In this document: positions 9,309 through 18,185 of the stretch, one piece after another
How positions within the stretch are numbered: the stretch's first letter is position 1
How the letters are laid out: each line of letters opens with the position of its first letter
Source of the DNA: Alphaproteobacteria bacterium
GTDB taxonomy: Bacteria > Pseudomonadota > Alphaproteobacteria > MPNO01
Assembly (NCBI GenBank): GCA_964291675.2
Contig: OZ219866.1
Span: 224,001 to 288,000, forward strand
Length of the DNA stretch: 64,000 nucleotides
Direction: 5' to 3'
Made by a program: the position numbers and the translations under genes
The notes under the pieces: generated by a model
The model's input: the letters and a program-made list of their open reading frames with translations, nothing else
Database searches by the model: none
What the model was told of the DNA's origin: nothing

Positions 9309-10250
9309 CTACGGCACCCGCCTGGCGCCGAACGCGCCGACATAGGCGTCGGTGTCGAAGATGCCGTAGGTCTCGCCGTGGTCGGGGCCGTAGAAGTCTC
9401 CCCGGATGCGGTCGGTGCCGGCGGTGCCGGCCTCGTAGCGGCCGTCGGCGAGCGCCATGCCGGACCAGCCGGGCGCGGCGATCGAAGACCCGCCGATGAC
9501 GATGTCGGCGTCCACCCGGGGCCGCGACAGGTCGGCGATGGTCAGGGTGGCGGTCCCGGTGTGGCGCCGGAAGGTGTCGGTCGACGCGGCCTCGGCGATG
9601 CCGGTCCATGTCGCGCTTCCCATGCCCGCGGGGTTGCTGCCGCTGGCATCGCCCGCGGCGCTAGCTGCCGCCGCGCGGATATTGCCGGTAAACGAAACGC
9701 CGTCCACGGTGCCGGCCCATGCGCCGTCCGTGATCTCCACCACCGCCCAGCCATGCCGGCCCCACAGCCCGTAGCCGAACGCGGGGGGATAGTCACTGAT
9801 GGTCAAGCCCGGAATTTCGCTCTCGGCGGTTACTCGGACCGCCAGGGTCACCGTGTCGAAACCGCCTCTGGAGCCCAGCCGAAATTCGATCAGGTCGGCG
9901 CCGGCCCCGGGAGCGAGCAAGCTCTGGGTATCGAGTGATTCCCGTGCGTCATAGCTGGTGCCCTGGTCTCCCTCGCAACGCGAGCCGGTGCAGGTGAACC
10001 TCTCGACATCGCGGTGTCGAGTCGTTTGTCCCCCGGCTGACTGCGTGTATTCGTCGTACATGCTGGTCATGGCCAAATTGTCCGACCGGCCCTCGATATC
10101 CGCGAGCCGCTCGATCCTGGGGTCCGACCGCAGATCCCGGAGCTCGGCGTCGCTGAGCCCCGGGCCGCCGCCGCCCCCGCCGCCGCACGCGGACAGGAAC
10201 AGCAGGCCGAGAACGGCGGCCGGAGCCGCGATGCATGTGTTGGAGCGCAT
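9309..10250 (-). CDS. Surface lipoprotein with TbpB-like C-terminal barrel
   Basis: Lipobox LSAC + poly-Gly; GSATWTG, IRGDFYGPDHGETYGIF, terminal GAFGARR. Confidence 0.85.
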   Translation of the reverse strand: MRSNTCIAAPAAVLGLLFLSACGGGGGGGPGLSDAELRDLRSDPRIERLADIEGRSDNLAMTSMYDEYTQSAGGQTTRHRDVERFTCTGSRCEGDQGTSYDARESLDTQSLLAPGAGADLIEFRLGSRGGFDTVTLAVRVTAESEIPGLTISDYPPAFGYGLWGRHGWAVVEITDGAWAGTVDGVSFTGNIRAAAASAAGDASGSNPAGMGSATWTGIAEAASTDTFRRHTGTATLTIADLSRPRVDADIVIGGSSIAAPGWSGMALADGRYEAGTAGTDRIRGDFYGPDHGETYGIFDTDAYVGAFGARRVP

Positions 10251-10432
10251 GAGCCTTCCCCCTCTTCCGCTGACGGCCCGGCCGGCGCCGCGCGGGCCGC
10301 GGGCCGTCCAGTATGATATATCACGAGTGAGATGGTAGCATTTGGAAATTCAGCACCCCGTCCGGGACGGGTGCCTGGTCCGTTGGGCGATGCCATCCCT
10401 CCCGGCCGGCCGCCTCGCGGGCGGAGGGGCCG

Positions 10433-11216
10433 CATGGATGGCCGGATCAAGTCCGGCCATGACGTGCTGGTGGCGGTGGAGAAGCAGGAAGAGCCGGGCG
10501 CGGCCCGCCCCGTCGCCATGCCTCCCACCCCTTCATGCACCCCCCGTCATGCGCAACCGCACCCCACGCGTCCCATGCTCTTTCCCCCGTCATGCACCCC
10601 CCTCGTCATGCCCGGACTTGATCCGGGCACCCACTGCCGCCACCGCGCCTCCCGCCCGGGCACCCATGCGGCCTCTCGGCGCGCACGGCGGGCCGTGGGG
10701 AGGGGCGGCGGCGCCGGTGGGTGGCCGGATCAAGTCCGGCCATGGGTGCCCGGATCAAGTCCGGGCATGACGGGGTGGGGGAGTAGCGGGGGAGTCGGTG
10801 GAGCAACGGGGAGAAGGAGCGGGGGCCGGGCGCCACGGGGGGCGGCGCGGTGGAACCTGCGGCGCGCCCACCGGCGACCCCCGGCGGCGCGCCCGAACGT
10901 CGGAACGCTCGCCATGCTTCCCCACCTCGTCATGCACCCCCGGTCATGCGCAACCGCACCCCACGCGTCCCATGCTCTTTCCCCCTCGTCATGCACCCCC
11001 CTCGTCATGCCCGGACTTGATCCGGGCACCCATGCGGCCTATCGGCGCGCACGGCGGGCCGTGGGGAGGCGTGGCGGCGGTGGGTGGCCGGATCAAGTCC
11101 GGCCATGGGTGCCCGGATCACCCCCGGACTTGATCCGGGGGCCGGGGCATGACGGGGTGGGGGAGTAGCGGGAGTGTCGGCGGAGCAACGGGGAGAAGGA
11201 GCGGGGCCGGGCATGA
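10433..11216 (+). repeat. Mosaic REP-A tandem array, same unit and orientation as 8602..9194
   Basis: Shares long blocks, e.g. GGGGAGAAGGAGCGGGGGCCGGGCGCCACGGGGGGCGGCGCGGTGGAACCTGCGGCGCGCCCACCGGCGACCCCCGGCG. Confidence 0.9.
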
Positions 11217-11486
11217 CGGAAGAAGTGTCGTTGGCGTCCCGCCCGTCAAGTATTCGGTATAAGCCCCTATCGAGGGACGCGCCCCGCGTTGACCCCCTCT
11301 CCGGCGCCACCCACAATGGCCGGGACGGCGGCAGGCGGAGGGTGCGGTCATCGTCGAGCGGCTCGGCATCGGCCATCTGTTCGCGCTGCCGGGGAGGCGG
11401 GTGCCGGGCTGTGCCAGGGAGCCGGCGGCCGGCGCGCCCCGCCGCTACCGGCCGAACCGCATGCCGGCGTTCGCGCCCGGAATCCG

Positions 11487-12221
11487 GTGAGCGCCCTGCC
11501 GGCGCCGCGCGCGGACTGGGCGCTGTTCCTCGATTTCGACGGCAGCATCGTCGAGATCGCGCCGACGCCGGGCGCGGTCCGGGTGCCGGCGAGCCTGGCG
11601 CCGCTGCTGCGCGGCCTCGGCGCGGCGCTGGGCGGGGCGGTGGCGATCGTCACCGGCCGGCCGGTCGCCGAGATCGACGGATTCCTGGGCGATGCCGTCC
11701 CCGCCGTCGCCGGGCTGCACGGGCTCGAACGGCGCGGCGCCGACGGCGCGCTCGCCCGCCCGGCGGCGCCGGGCGAGGCGTTGCGCCGCGCGCTCGCGCG
11801 TCTCGGCGACTTCGCCGCGGCGCATCCGGGGGTGCTCGTCGAGGACAAGACGTATTCCGCCGCGCTGCATTACCGCCGCGCACCGCAAGCGGCGGAGGCG
11901 TGCCGGGAGGCCGCGGAGGCGGCGCTCGCCGGGCTCATGGCGGGGTGGACGGTGGCCGAGGGGAAATGCGTCGTCGAGATCCGCCCCGCCGGCGTCACCA
12001 AGGGAACCGCCATCGAGGCGTTCATGCGCGAGGCGCCGTTCCGCGGGCGAATCCCGGTGTTCTGCGGCGACGACGCGACCGACGAGGACGGCTTCGCCGC
12101 GGTCGCGGCGCTGGGCGGGACCGGCATCCGCGTCGGCCGGGGCGCGGCCACGACAGCGTCGGTCGAGGTCGAGACGGTCGCCGGGCTGCTCGACTGGCTG
12201 GCGGGGGTGGCGGACCGTTGA
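11487..12221 (+). CDS. otsB: Trehalose-6-phosphate phosphatase
   Basis: HAD motifs FLDFDGS, VTGR, EDK..ALHYR, KGTAI, GDDATDEDGF; GTG start uncertain. Confidence 0.92.
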   Translation: MSALPAPRADWALFLDFDGSIVEIAPTPGAVRVPASLAPLLRGLGAALGGAVAIVTGRPVAEIDGFLGDAVPAVAGLHGLERRGADGALARPAAPGEALRRALARLGDFAAAHPGVLVEDKTYSAALHYRRAPQAAEACREAAEAALAGLMAGWTVAEGKCVVEIRPAGVTKGTAIEAFMREAPFRGRIPVFCGDDATDEDGFAAVAALGGTGIRVGRGAATTASVEVETVAGLLDWLAGVADR

Positions 12222-12247
12222 TGCGGCGCCGACGCGCCCGCCCCTCC

Positions 12248-12348
12248 CGTCATGCCCGGCCCCCGGATCGAGTCCGGGGGCGATCCGGGCATCCATGGGC
12301 TCCCGCCCTTGGCCGGCATGGATGGCCGGATCAAGTCCGGCCATGACG
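12248..12348. repeat. REP-A doublet (nested long + simple)
   Basis: CGTCATGCCCGGCCCCCGGATCGAGTCCGGGGGCGATCCGGGCATCCA ... TGGATGGCCGGATCAAGTCCGGCCATGACG. Confidence 0.85.
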
Positions 12349-12424
12349 GTGGGGCGGCGGGGCGGCGGGGCGATGGGGCGGTGGGGCGGCGGGGGAGCGC
12401 GGGCCGAGACAGGTTGCAGCCGCG

Positions 12425-13807
12425 TCACCCCCCGGCGAGGCGGGCGAGGAAGCGCTCGTACCAGGATTCCACGCTGTTCGCGCGCAGCGCCCGCATCGAG
12501 CGCTGCCAGCGTTCGCGCCGCTCGTCGAGCGGCATGGCGAGCGCCGTCTGGATGGCCTCGGCCACGCCCTCCGTGTCGTAGGGGTTCACGATCAGCGCGT
12601 CGGGCAGGTATTGCGCCGCGCCGGCGAAGCGCGACAGCACCAGCGCCCCCGGATCGTCGGGCGGCTGGGCGGCGAGGTATTCCATCGCCACCAGGTTCAT
12701 GCCGTCCCTGAGCGGCGTGACCAGCCCGACCCGGGCGAGGCGCAGGAAGCCGAACAGGGTGCGCCGGCTGAAGCTGCGGTTGAGATAGCGGATCGGCACC
12801 CAGTCGACATCGGCGAACTCGCCGTTCACATGGCCGGCGAGGGTGTCCAGGGTGCGGCGGATCTCGCCATACTCGGCCACGCCGCCGCGGGTGGGCGGGG
12901 CGATCTGCATCAGCGAGACCCGGTTGCGGTTGCCGGGATAGGCGCGCAGCAGATGGGCGAAGGCGTCGAAGCGCTGCGGCAGGCCCTTGGAGTAGTCGAG
13001 CCGGTCGACGCCGACGATCAGCCGGCGGTCGGCGAGGCTGACCCTGAGGCGCTCGACCTCGCGCATGCCCGCGGTGCCCGAGGCGGCCTGCTCGACATGG
13101 GCGGTGTCGATGCCGATGGGATGGGCCTCGATGCGAAACTCGCGCCCGAAGGCGCGCACCGTCGCCCCGCCGCCGCCCTCCGCCACGCTCGCGCCCGCCT
13201 CGCCGGCCAAATAGCCGCACAGGCGCGCGCGGTCCCGCTCGGTCTGCAAGCCCACCAGGTCGAAGAAGGCGAGGCAGCGCATGAGCTCGGCGTGCACCGG
13301 CAGGGTCGCCAGCAGCTCGCGCGGCGGCAGCGGGGTGTGCAGGAAGAAGCCGATGCGGTTGCCGACGCCGAGCCGGCGCAGCTCCTCGCCGAGCGGGATC
13401 AGGTGGTAGTCATGCGCCCAGATCACGTCGTCCGGCCGGAGCAGCCGGGCCAGCTTGCGGGCGAAATCCGCGTTCACCCGCCGGTAGCCCGCGTAGTTGG
13501 CGCGCTCGAAATCGACCAGATCGACGCGGTAGTGGAACAGCGGCCACAGCGTCGCGTTGGCGAAGCCGTTGTAATAGGCCTCGAAATCGGCCTCGCCGAG
13601 ATCGACGGTGGCGGTGGCGAGCCGCCCGCGCTCGGCCAGATGCACCGCCTCGCCGGGGGCGGCGGCGACGTCGCCGCTCCAGCCGAACCAGATCCCGCCG
13701 GAACGCCTGAGCGCGGCCAGCACGGCGACGGCGAGCCCGCCGGCGGCGGTCCTGCCCTCGTCGATCGGCGCGACCCGGTTGGAGACGACGACGATGCGGC
13801 CGGTCAT
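12425..13807 (-). CDS. otsA: Trehalose-6-phosphate synthase (GT20)
   Basis: VVSNRV, AGGLA, YYNGFAN..LWPLFHY, HDYHL, VDRLDYSKG, RDGMNLVA. Confidence 0.96.
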   Translation of the reverse strand: MTGRIVVVSNRVAPIDEGRTAAGGLAVAVLAALRRSGGIWFGWSGDVAAAPGEAVHLAERGRLATATVDLGEADFEAYYNGFANATLWPLFHYRVDLVDFERANYAGYRRVNADFARKLARLLRPDDVIWAHDYHLIPLGEELRRLGVGNRIGFFLHTPLPPRELLATLPVHAELMRCLAFFDLVGLQTERDRARLCGYLAGEAGASVAEGGGGATVRAFGREFRIEAHPIGIDTAHVEQAASGTAGMREVERLRVSLADRRLIVGVDRLDYSKGLPQRFDAFAHLLRAYPGNRNRVSLMQIAPPTRGGVAEYGEIRRTLDTLAGHVNGEFADVDWVPIRYLNRSFSRRTLFGFLRLARVGLVTPLRDGMNLVAMEYLAAQPPDDPGALVLSRFAGAAQYLPDALIVNPYDTEGVAEAIQTALAMPLDERRERWQRSMRALRANSVESWYERFLARLAGG

Positions 13808-13845
13808 GCGGCTTGCCGCGGCTGGCGAAGCAGGTGCGGCGCGGC

Positions 13846-13980
13846 GTCCTTCGATACGCCCGCCTGCGGCGGGCTACTCAGGATGAGGTTTTCTCTCTCG
13901 CCCATGCCGTGCAGCCCCGCACTTGCCGCCCATGGACCCTCCCTCATCCTGAGTAGCGGCGAAGCCGCGTATCGAAGGAC
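13846..13980. repeat. REP-B inverted doublet
   Basis: TCCTTCGATAC..CTACTCAGGATGAGG ... CCTCATCCTGAGTAGCGGCGAAGCCGCGTATCGAAGGA. Confidence 0.85.
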
Positions 13981-14022
13981 GCATCCCGGCTGCATCGGCG
14001 GTTCCATCCAGAACGGACACCC

Positions 14023-15810
14023 TCAGAACGCGTCTTCCCAGGGGCGGGAGAGCCGCATCGCCGAGGTGATCAGCCCGACCATGGAGTAGGTCTGCGGGAA
14101 GTTGCCCCAGAGCTCTCCGGTCCGGGTGTCGAGGTCCTCGGACAGCAGCCCCATCGCGTTGCAGGAGGCCAGCATGTTCTCGAACAGGCGGCGCGCCTCG
14201 TCCCGCCTGCCGAGCGCCGCCAGCGCGTCGATGTACCAGAAGGTGCAGACGTTGAACGCGTTCTCGGGCGCGCCGAAATCGTCGGTCTCGACATAGCGGA
14301 ACACGTGGTCGCCGCGGCGCAGCTCGCGCTCGACCGCGGCCACGGTGCCGACGAAGCGCGGCTCCAGCGGGTCGCAATACGAGATCTCGTGCATCAGCAG
14401 CAACGCCGCGTCGATCTCGCTGCCGCCGAAGGCGCTGACATAGCTCTGCTTGTCCTCGTTCCAGGCCTCGCGCTCGATGGTCTCGCGGATGTTGTCGGCG
14501 CGCGCCCGCCACAGCCAGGCGCGGTTGTCCAGCCCGAGACGGTCGGCGATGCGCGCCAGGCGGTCGCAGGCCGCCCAGCACATGAGCACCGAGAACGTGT
14601 GCACGCGCTCGGTCCCGCGCAGCTCCCAGATCCCGGCATCCTCCTTGTCGAAGAACCGCGCCGCCGCCTGGCCGACCCGTTCGAGGACGCGGAACAGGCT
14701 CTCGTCGCCGCGCAAGTCGAGCCGCTCGTCGAAGAACGCCTGCGCGCAGGCCAGGATCACCGTGCCGTAGACGTCGTTCTGGGTCTGCACATAGGCCTGG
14801 TTGCCGGCCCGCACCGGAAGGTGGTCGCGATAGCCCCGGAGGCTGTCGATCCGGCGCTCGGTGAGATCGGTCTCCATCTGGATGCCGAATACCGGCTGCA
14901 GCGTGCCGTCCAGGCTGGCGGCGACGATGTTGAGGATGTAGTTGAGATACTCCTCCATCGTCCTGGTGATGCCGAGGCGGTTGAGCGCGCGGATCACGAA
15001 ATAGGCGTCGCGCAGCCAGCAGAAGCGGTAATCCCAGTTGCGCGCCGTCCCGTCGGCCTCGGGGATCGAGGTGGTGATGGCGGCGACCACGGCGCCGGTC
15101 TCCTCGACCTCGCACAGCTTGAGGGTGATGGCCGCGCGGATCACCTCGTTCTGCCACTCGAAGGGGAGCGCGATGTAGCGCACCCATTCGCGCCAGTAAT
15201 CCTCGGTCCGCTCGAGAAACTCGCGGGAGAGCTCGGCGATGTCCCGCTCGATCGAGTCGTCGGGGCCGAGGATCAGGTCGAGCGGGCGGTTGAGCAGGAA
15301 CGCGGTCTCCTCCAGCACGAAGGACACCGAGGCGTTGGTGGTCAGCCGCATGACGTGGTCGGGCAGGACGTAGCGCAGATGGTTGCTGCCGCGCGTGACC
15401 TCCGGCCCGACCGCCCCGTAATCCCCCGCCGGGCGCAGCCGGATGCGGATATGCGGGGTGCCGGAGACCGGGATCAGCCGGCGCACCAGGGTCAGCGGGC
15501 GGGCGAGCCTTCCATGCCGCTTGAAGCGCGGCGCGAAGTCCACGACCTTCAGCGCGGCGCCGGATCGCGCGCGCAGCGTGGTCTCGACGATCGCCGTGTT
15601 GGGCAGGTAGCGCTGCTCGCTGGAGGCGAAATCCTCCAGCTCGATCTCGTAGAAGCCGATCGGCTCGACCGGGCGCAGCAGGTCGCAGAACACCGGGTTG
15701 CCGTCGAAGCGCGGCATGCACGCCCAGACCAGCCGCGCCCGCGAATCCAGCAGCGCCGCATAGGTGCAGTTGCCGATGATGGCGAGATCGAGCGATTGCA
15801 TCCCCTGCAC
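14023..15810 (-). CDS. Glycoside hydrolase family 15 (probable trehalase)
   Basis: AAITTSIPE, RNWDYRFCWLRDA, GIWELRG, GLLSED, GNFPQTYSMVG; adjacent to otsA. Confidence 0.92.
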   Translation of the reverse strand: MQGMQSLDLAIIGNCTYAALLDSRARLVWACMPRFDGNPVFCDLLRPVEPIGFYEIELEDFASSEQRYLPNTAIVETTLRARSGAALKVVDFAPRFKRHGRLARPLTLVRRLIPVSGTPHIRIRLRPAGDYGAVGPEVTRGSNHLRYVLPDHVMRLTTNASVSFVLEETAFLLNRPLDLILGPDDSIERDIAELSREFLERTEDYWREWVRYIALPFEWQNEVIRAAITLKLCEVEETGAVVAAITTSIPEADGTARNWDYRFCWLRDAYFVIRALNRLGITRTMEEYLNYILNIVAASLDGTLQPVFGIQMETDLTERRIDSLRGYRDHLPVRAGNQAYVQTQNDVYGTVILACAQAFFDERLDLRGDESLFRVLERVGQAAARFFDKEDAGIWELRGTERVHTFSVLMCWAACDRLARIADRLGLDNRAWLWRARADNIRETIEREAWNEDKQSYVSAFGGSEIDAALLLMHEISYCDPLEPRFVGTVAAVERELRRGDHVFRYVETDDFGAPENAFNVCTFWYIDALAALGRRDEARRLFENMLASCNAMGLLSEDLDTRTGELWGNFPQTYSMVGLITSAMRLSRPWEDAF

Positions 15811-15884
15811 CTCCGCTCAAGCCGGGCGCCGCGCGCCGACAATCGCCGCAGTATAGCATCGCCCCGATTCCACATCGGATCGGC

Positions 15885-16245
15885 CTGGGATCCGGGCATC
15901 CATGGGCGGTGCATGGCGAGCCGGGTGCGGCCCGCCCCATCGCCATCCTTCCAGCCGGATCGCCCCCGGCTCCCGTGCTCCTCCACCGCCACCCCCACCC
16001 CGTCATGGCCGGACTTGATCCGGCCACCCATGCGCGGACTTGATCCGCGCAACCACTGGCGCCACCGCTACAACGCCCCGTCGGGAGGAGCGGCGGCGCC
16101 AGTGGATGCCCGGATCACCCCCGGACTTGATCCGGGGGCCGGGGCATGACGATGGGGGGAGGCATGGTGATAGGGCGGGAAACGCCGGGCGCGACGCGCG
16201 TCGAAGGCTAAACCGGACAGCAGTGGATCGAGTCCGGGCATGACG
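15885..16245. repeat. REP-A cluster; 16001..16151 is an inverted counterpart of 12248..12348
   Basis: CGTCATGGCCGGACTTGATCCGGCCACCCA ... TGGATGCCCGGATCACCCCCGGACTTGATCCGGGGGCCGGGGCATGACG. Confidence 0.85.
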
Positions 16246-16310
16246 CGGTGGGGCGAGGGTGCTAAAGCACACGATGCGCCGCAACGGGGCGCTGGAGCGG
16301 GCTCGCTCCG

Positions 16311-17126
16311 GTGTATGGCGAGGAGGAGAGCTTGAAGGACCGTTTCGACGTTTCCGGCCGCGCCGCGTTGCTGACCGGCGCGAGCCGGGGGATCGGGCGC
16401 GCCATCGCGCTGGCGCTGGCCGAGCACGGCGCGGACGTGGCGATCAACCACGTCTCGGCGTTCGACGCCGGGATCGGCTTCCCCGACGCGGCCCGCGAGC
16501 TGGTCGAGGAGGCGCAAGCGCACGGGGTGCGCGCGTTCGCCATCGAGGGCGACCTCTCGGTCGAGGGCGCCGCGCCCGACATCTACGACCGGGCGGTGGC
16601 GGCGCTCGGGCGGGTCGACATCCTGGTGCTCAACGCCAACATCCAGATTCCCGTCCCCTTCGGCGAGGCGACGGCGGAGCAGATCGACCTGCAATGCCGG
16701 ATGAACTACCGCGTCCCGATCCAGCTGCTGCAGCGCGCGCTGCCGCCGATGGCGGAACGCGGCTGGGGACGGGTGCTGGCGATCGGCAGCGTGCAGCAGG
16801 CCAACCCCACCATCGAGCTTGCCGTCTATGCCGGGCTGAAGAGCGCCCAGTACAACCTGGTGCTCAATCTGAGCCGGCAATACGTGAAGACCGGGGTGAC
16901 CATCAACAACCTCGCCCCCGGGCTGATCGACACCGACCGCAACCGCTTCCTGCGCGGCAGCGAGGACGAGTGGCGGGCGACCATCGAACGGACCAGCCCG
17001 ATGGGCCGCGCCGGCCTGCCCGACGACCTCGCCGGCGCCGCGCTGCTGCTGTGCTCGGATGCGGGGAGCTTCATCACCGGCACCAACATCAACGTGACCG
17101 GCGGCGGCGACCTGCCCTGGACGTGA
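16311..17126 (+). CDS. SDR family oxidoreductase
   Basis: TGASRGIG, YAGLK, NNLAPGLIDT. Confidence 0.9.
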   Translation: MYGEEESLKDRFDVSGRAALLTGASRGIGRAIALALAEHGADVAINHVSAFDAGIGFPDAARELVEEAQAHGVRAFAIEGDLSVEGAAPDIYDRAVAALGRVDILVLNANIQIPVPFGEATAEQIDLQCRMNYRVPIQLLQRALPPMAERGWGRVLAIGSVQQANPTIELAVYAGLKSAQYNLVLNLSRQYVKTGVTINNLAPGLIDTDRNRFLRGSEDEWRATIERTSPMGRAGLPDDLAGAALLLCSDAGSFITGTNINVTGGGDLPWT

Positions 17127-17151
17127 GCGGGGCGGTCCCGGGGGCGATGCC

Positions 17152-17417
17152 TCCTTCGATACGCGGCTTCGCCGCTACTCAGGATGAGGGTGGGGTGTAA
17201 GGCGGCCTCAATGCCCCTCCCTCATCCTGAGTGGGCGCGCCCTTCGATACGCCCCCTGCGGGGGCTACTCAGGATGAGGCGAGGGTGGTGTGGGCAAGAT
17301 AAACCTCCCTCATCCTGAGTAGGCGCGCAGCGCCGTATCGAAGCCTCATCCCGAGTAGGCGCGCAGCGCCGTATCGAAGCCTCATCCTGAGTAGGCGCGT
17401 AGCGCCGTATCGAAGGA
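17152..17417. repeat. REP-B cluster with a 3x36-nt head-to-tail repeat (17308..17415)
   Basis: CCTCATCC(T/C)GAGTAGGCGCG(C/T)AGCGCCGTATCGAAG three times, no spacers. Confidence 0.9.
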
Positions 17418-17422
17418 CCGAC

Positions 17423-18154
17423 CTAGAGCGACAGACCGCCGTCGGCGACGAACACCTGGCCGGTGGTGTAGGCGCTCTCGTCGGCCGAGAGATGGACCGC
17501 CAGCGCGGCGATCTCCTCCGGCGTGCCGAGGCGGCCGAGCGGCTGGCGGGCGATGAAGTCGCGGCGCGCTCGCTCCGGGTCGTCGAAGGCGGCGATGCGA
17601 TCGTCCAGCGACGGCGACTGCACCGTGCCGGGGGCGATCGCGTTGCAGCGCACCCCGGTCCCTATCGTGTCGGCGGCGACCGCCTTGGTGAGCCCGATCA
17701 CCGCCGCCTTGGTGGTGCCGTAGACCGCCCGGTTGGGGAGGCCCTTCAGGCTGGAGACCACCGAGGCCATGTTGACCACCGAGCCCCGCCCGGCCTCGAT
17801 CATGCCGGGCAGGAACGCCCGGATCGTGCGGAACATGGACTTCACGTTGAGGTCGAGGGCGAAGTCGAGCTCGGCCTCGCTCGCCTCCAGGATCGCGCCG
17901 TGGTGGACGAAGCCGGCGACGTTGCAGAGCGCGTCGATCCGCCCGGTGCGGGCGGCGAAGCCGGCGACGGCGTCCGCGTCGGTCACGTCGAGGCGGTCGG
18001 TCTCGGCGACCCGGCCGGCGATCCCGGCGAGCTTCTCCGGCGCCACGTCGGTGGCGATCACCCGGGCGCCTTCGGCCGCCGCGGCGAGCGCGATCGCCCG
18101 CCCGATCCCCTGCCCCGAAGCGGTGACCAGCACCGTCTTGCCGTTGAGCCGCAT
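17423..18154 (-). CDS. SDR oxidoreductase (2-keto-3-deoxy-sugar-acid dehydrogenase / BDH2-like)
   Basis: TASGQGIG, AGFVHHG, NMASVVSS, YGTTKAAVIGLTK, FIARQPLGRLG. Confidence 0.85.
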   Translation of the reverse strand: MRLNGKTVLVTASGQGIGRAIALAAAAEGARVIATDVAPEKLAGIAGRVAETDRLDVTDADAVAGFAARTGRIDALCNVAGFVHHGAILEASEAELDFALDLNVKSMFRTIRAFLPGMIEAGRGSVVNMASVVSSLKGLPNRAVYGTTKAAVIGLTKAVAADTIGTGVRCNAIAPGTVQSPSLDDRIAAFDDPERARRDFIARQPLGRLGTPEEIAALAVHLSADESAYTTGQVFVADGGLSL

Positions 18155-18185
18155 GGCGCCCTCCTTCCCTCTGGACCGGCCGGGG

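Noticed and set aside
10314-10323. Palindrome TGATATATCA upstream of the second lipoprotein
   Set aside because: Single 10-bp site with no second copy or adjacent regulator; insufficient support
10332-11168. ORFs through the repeat arrays (MPGLDPGTH / WPDQVRP peptides)
   Set aside because: Translations of REP sequence with no independent sign of coding
17308-17415. Three 36-nt direct repeats as a CRISPR array
   Set aside because: No spacers, no cas genes, and the unit is the dispersed REP-B palindrome
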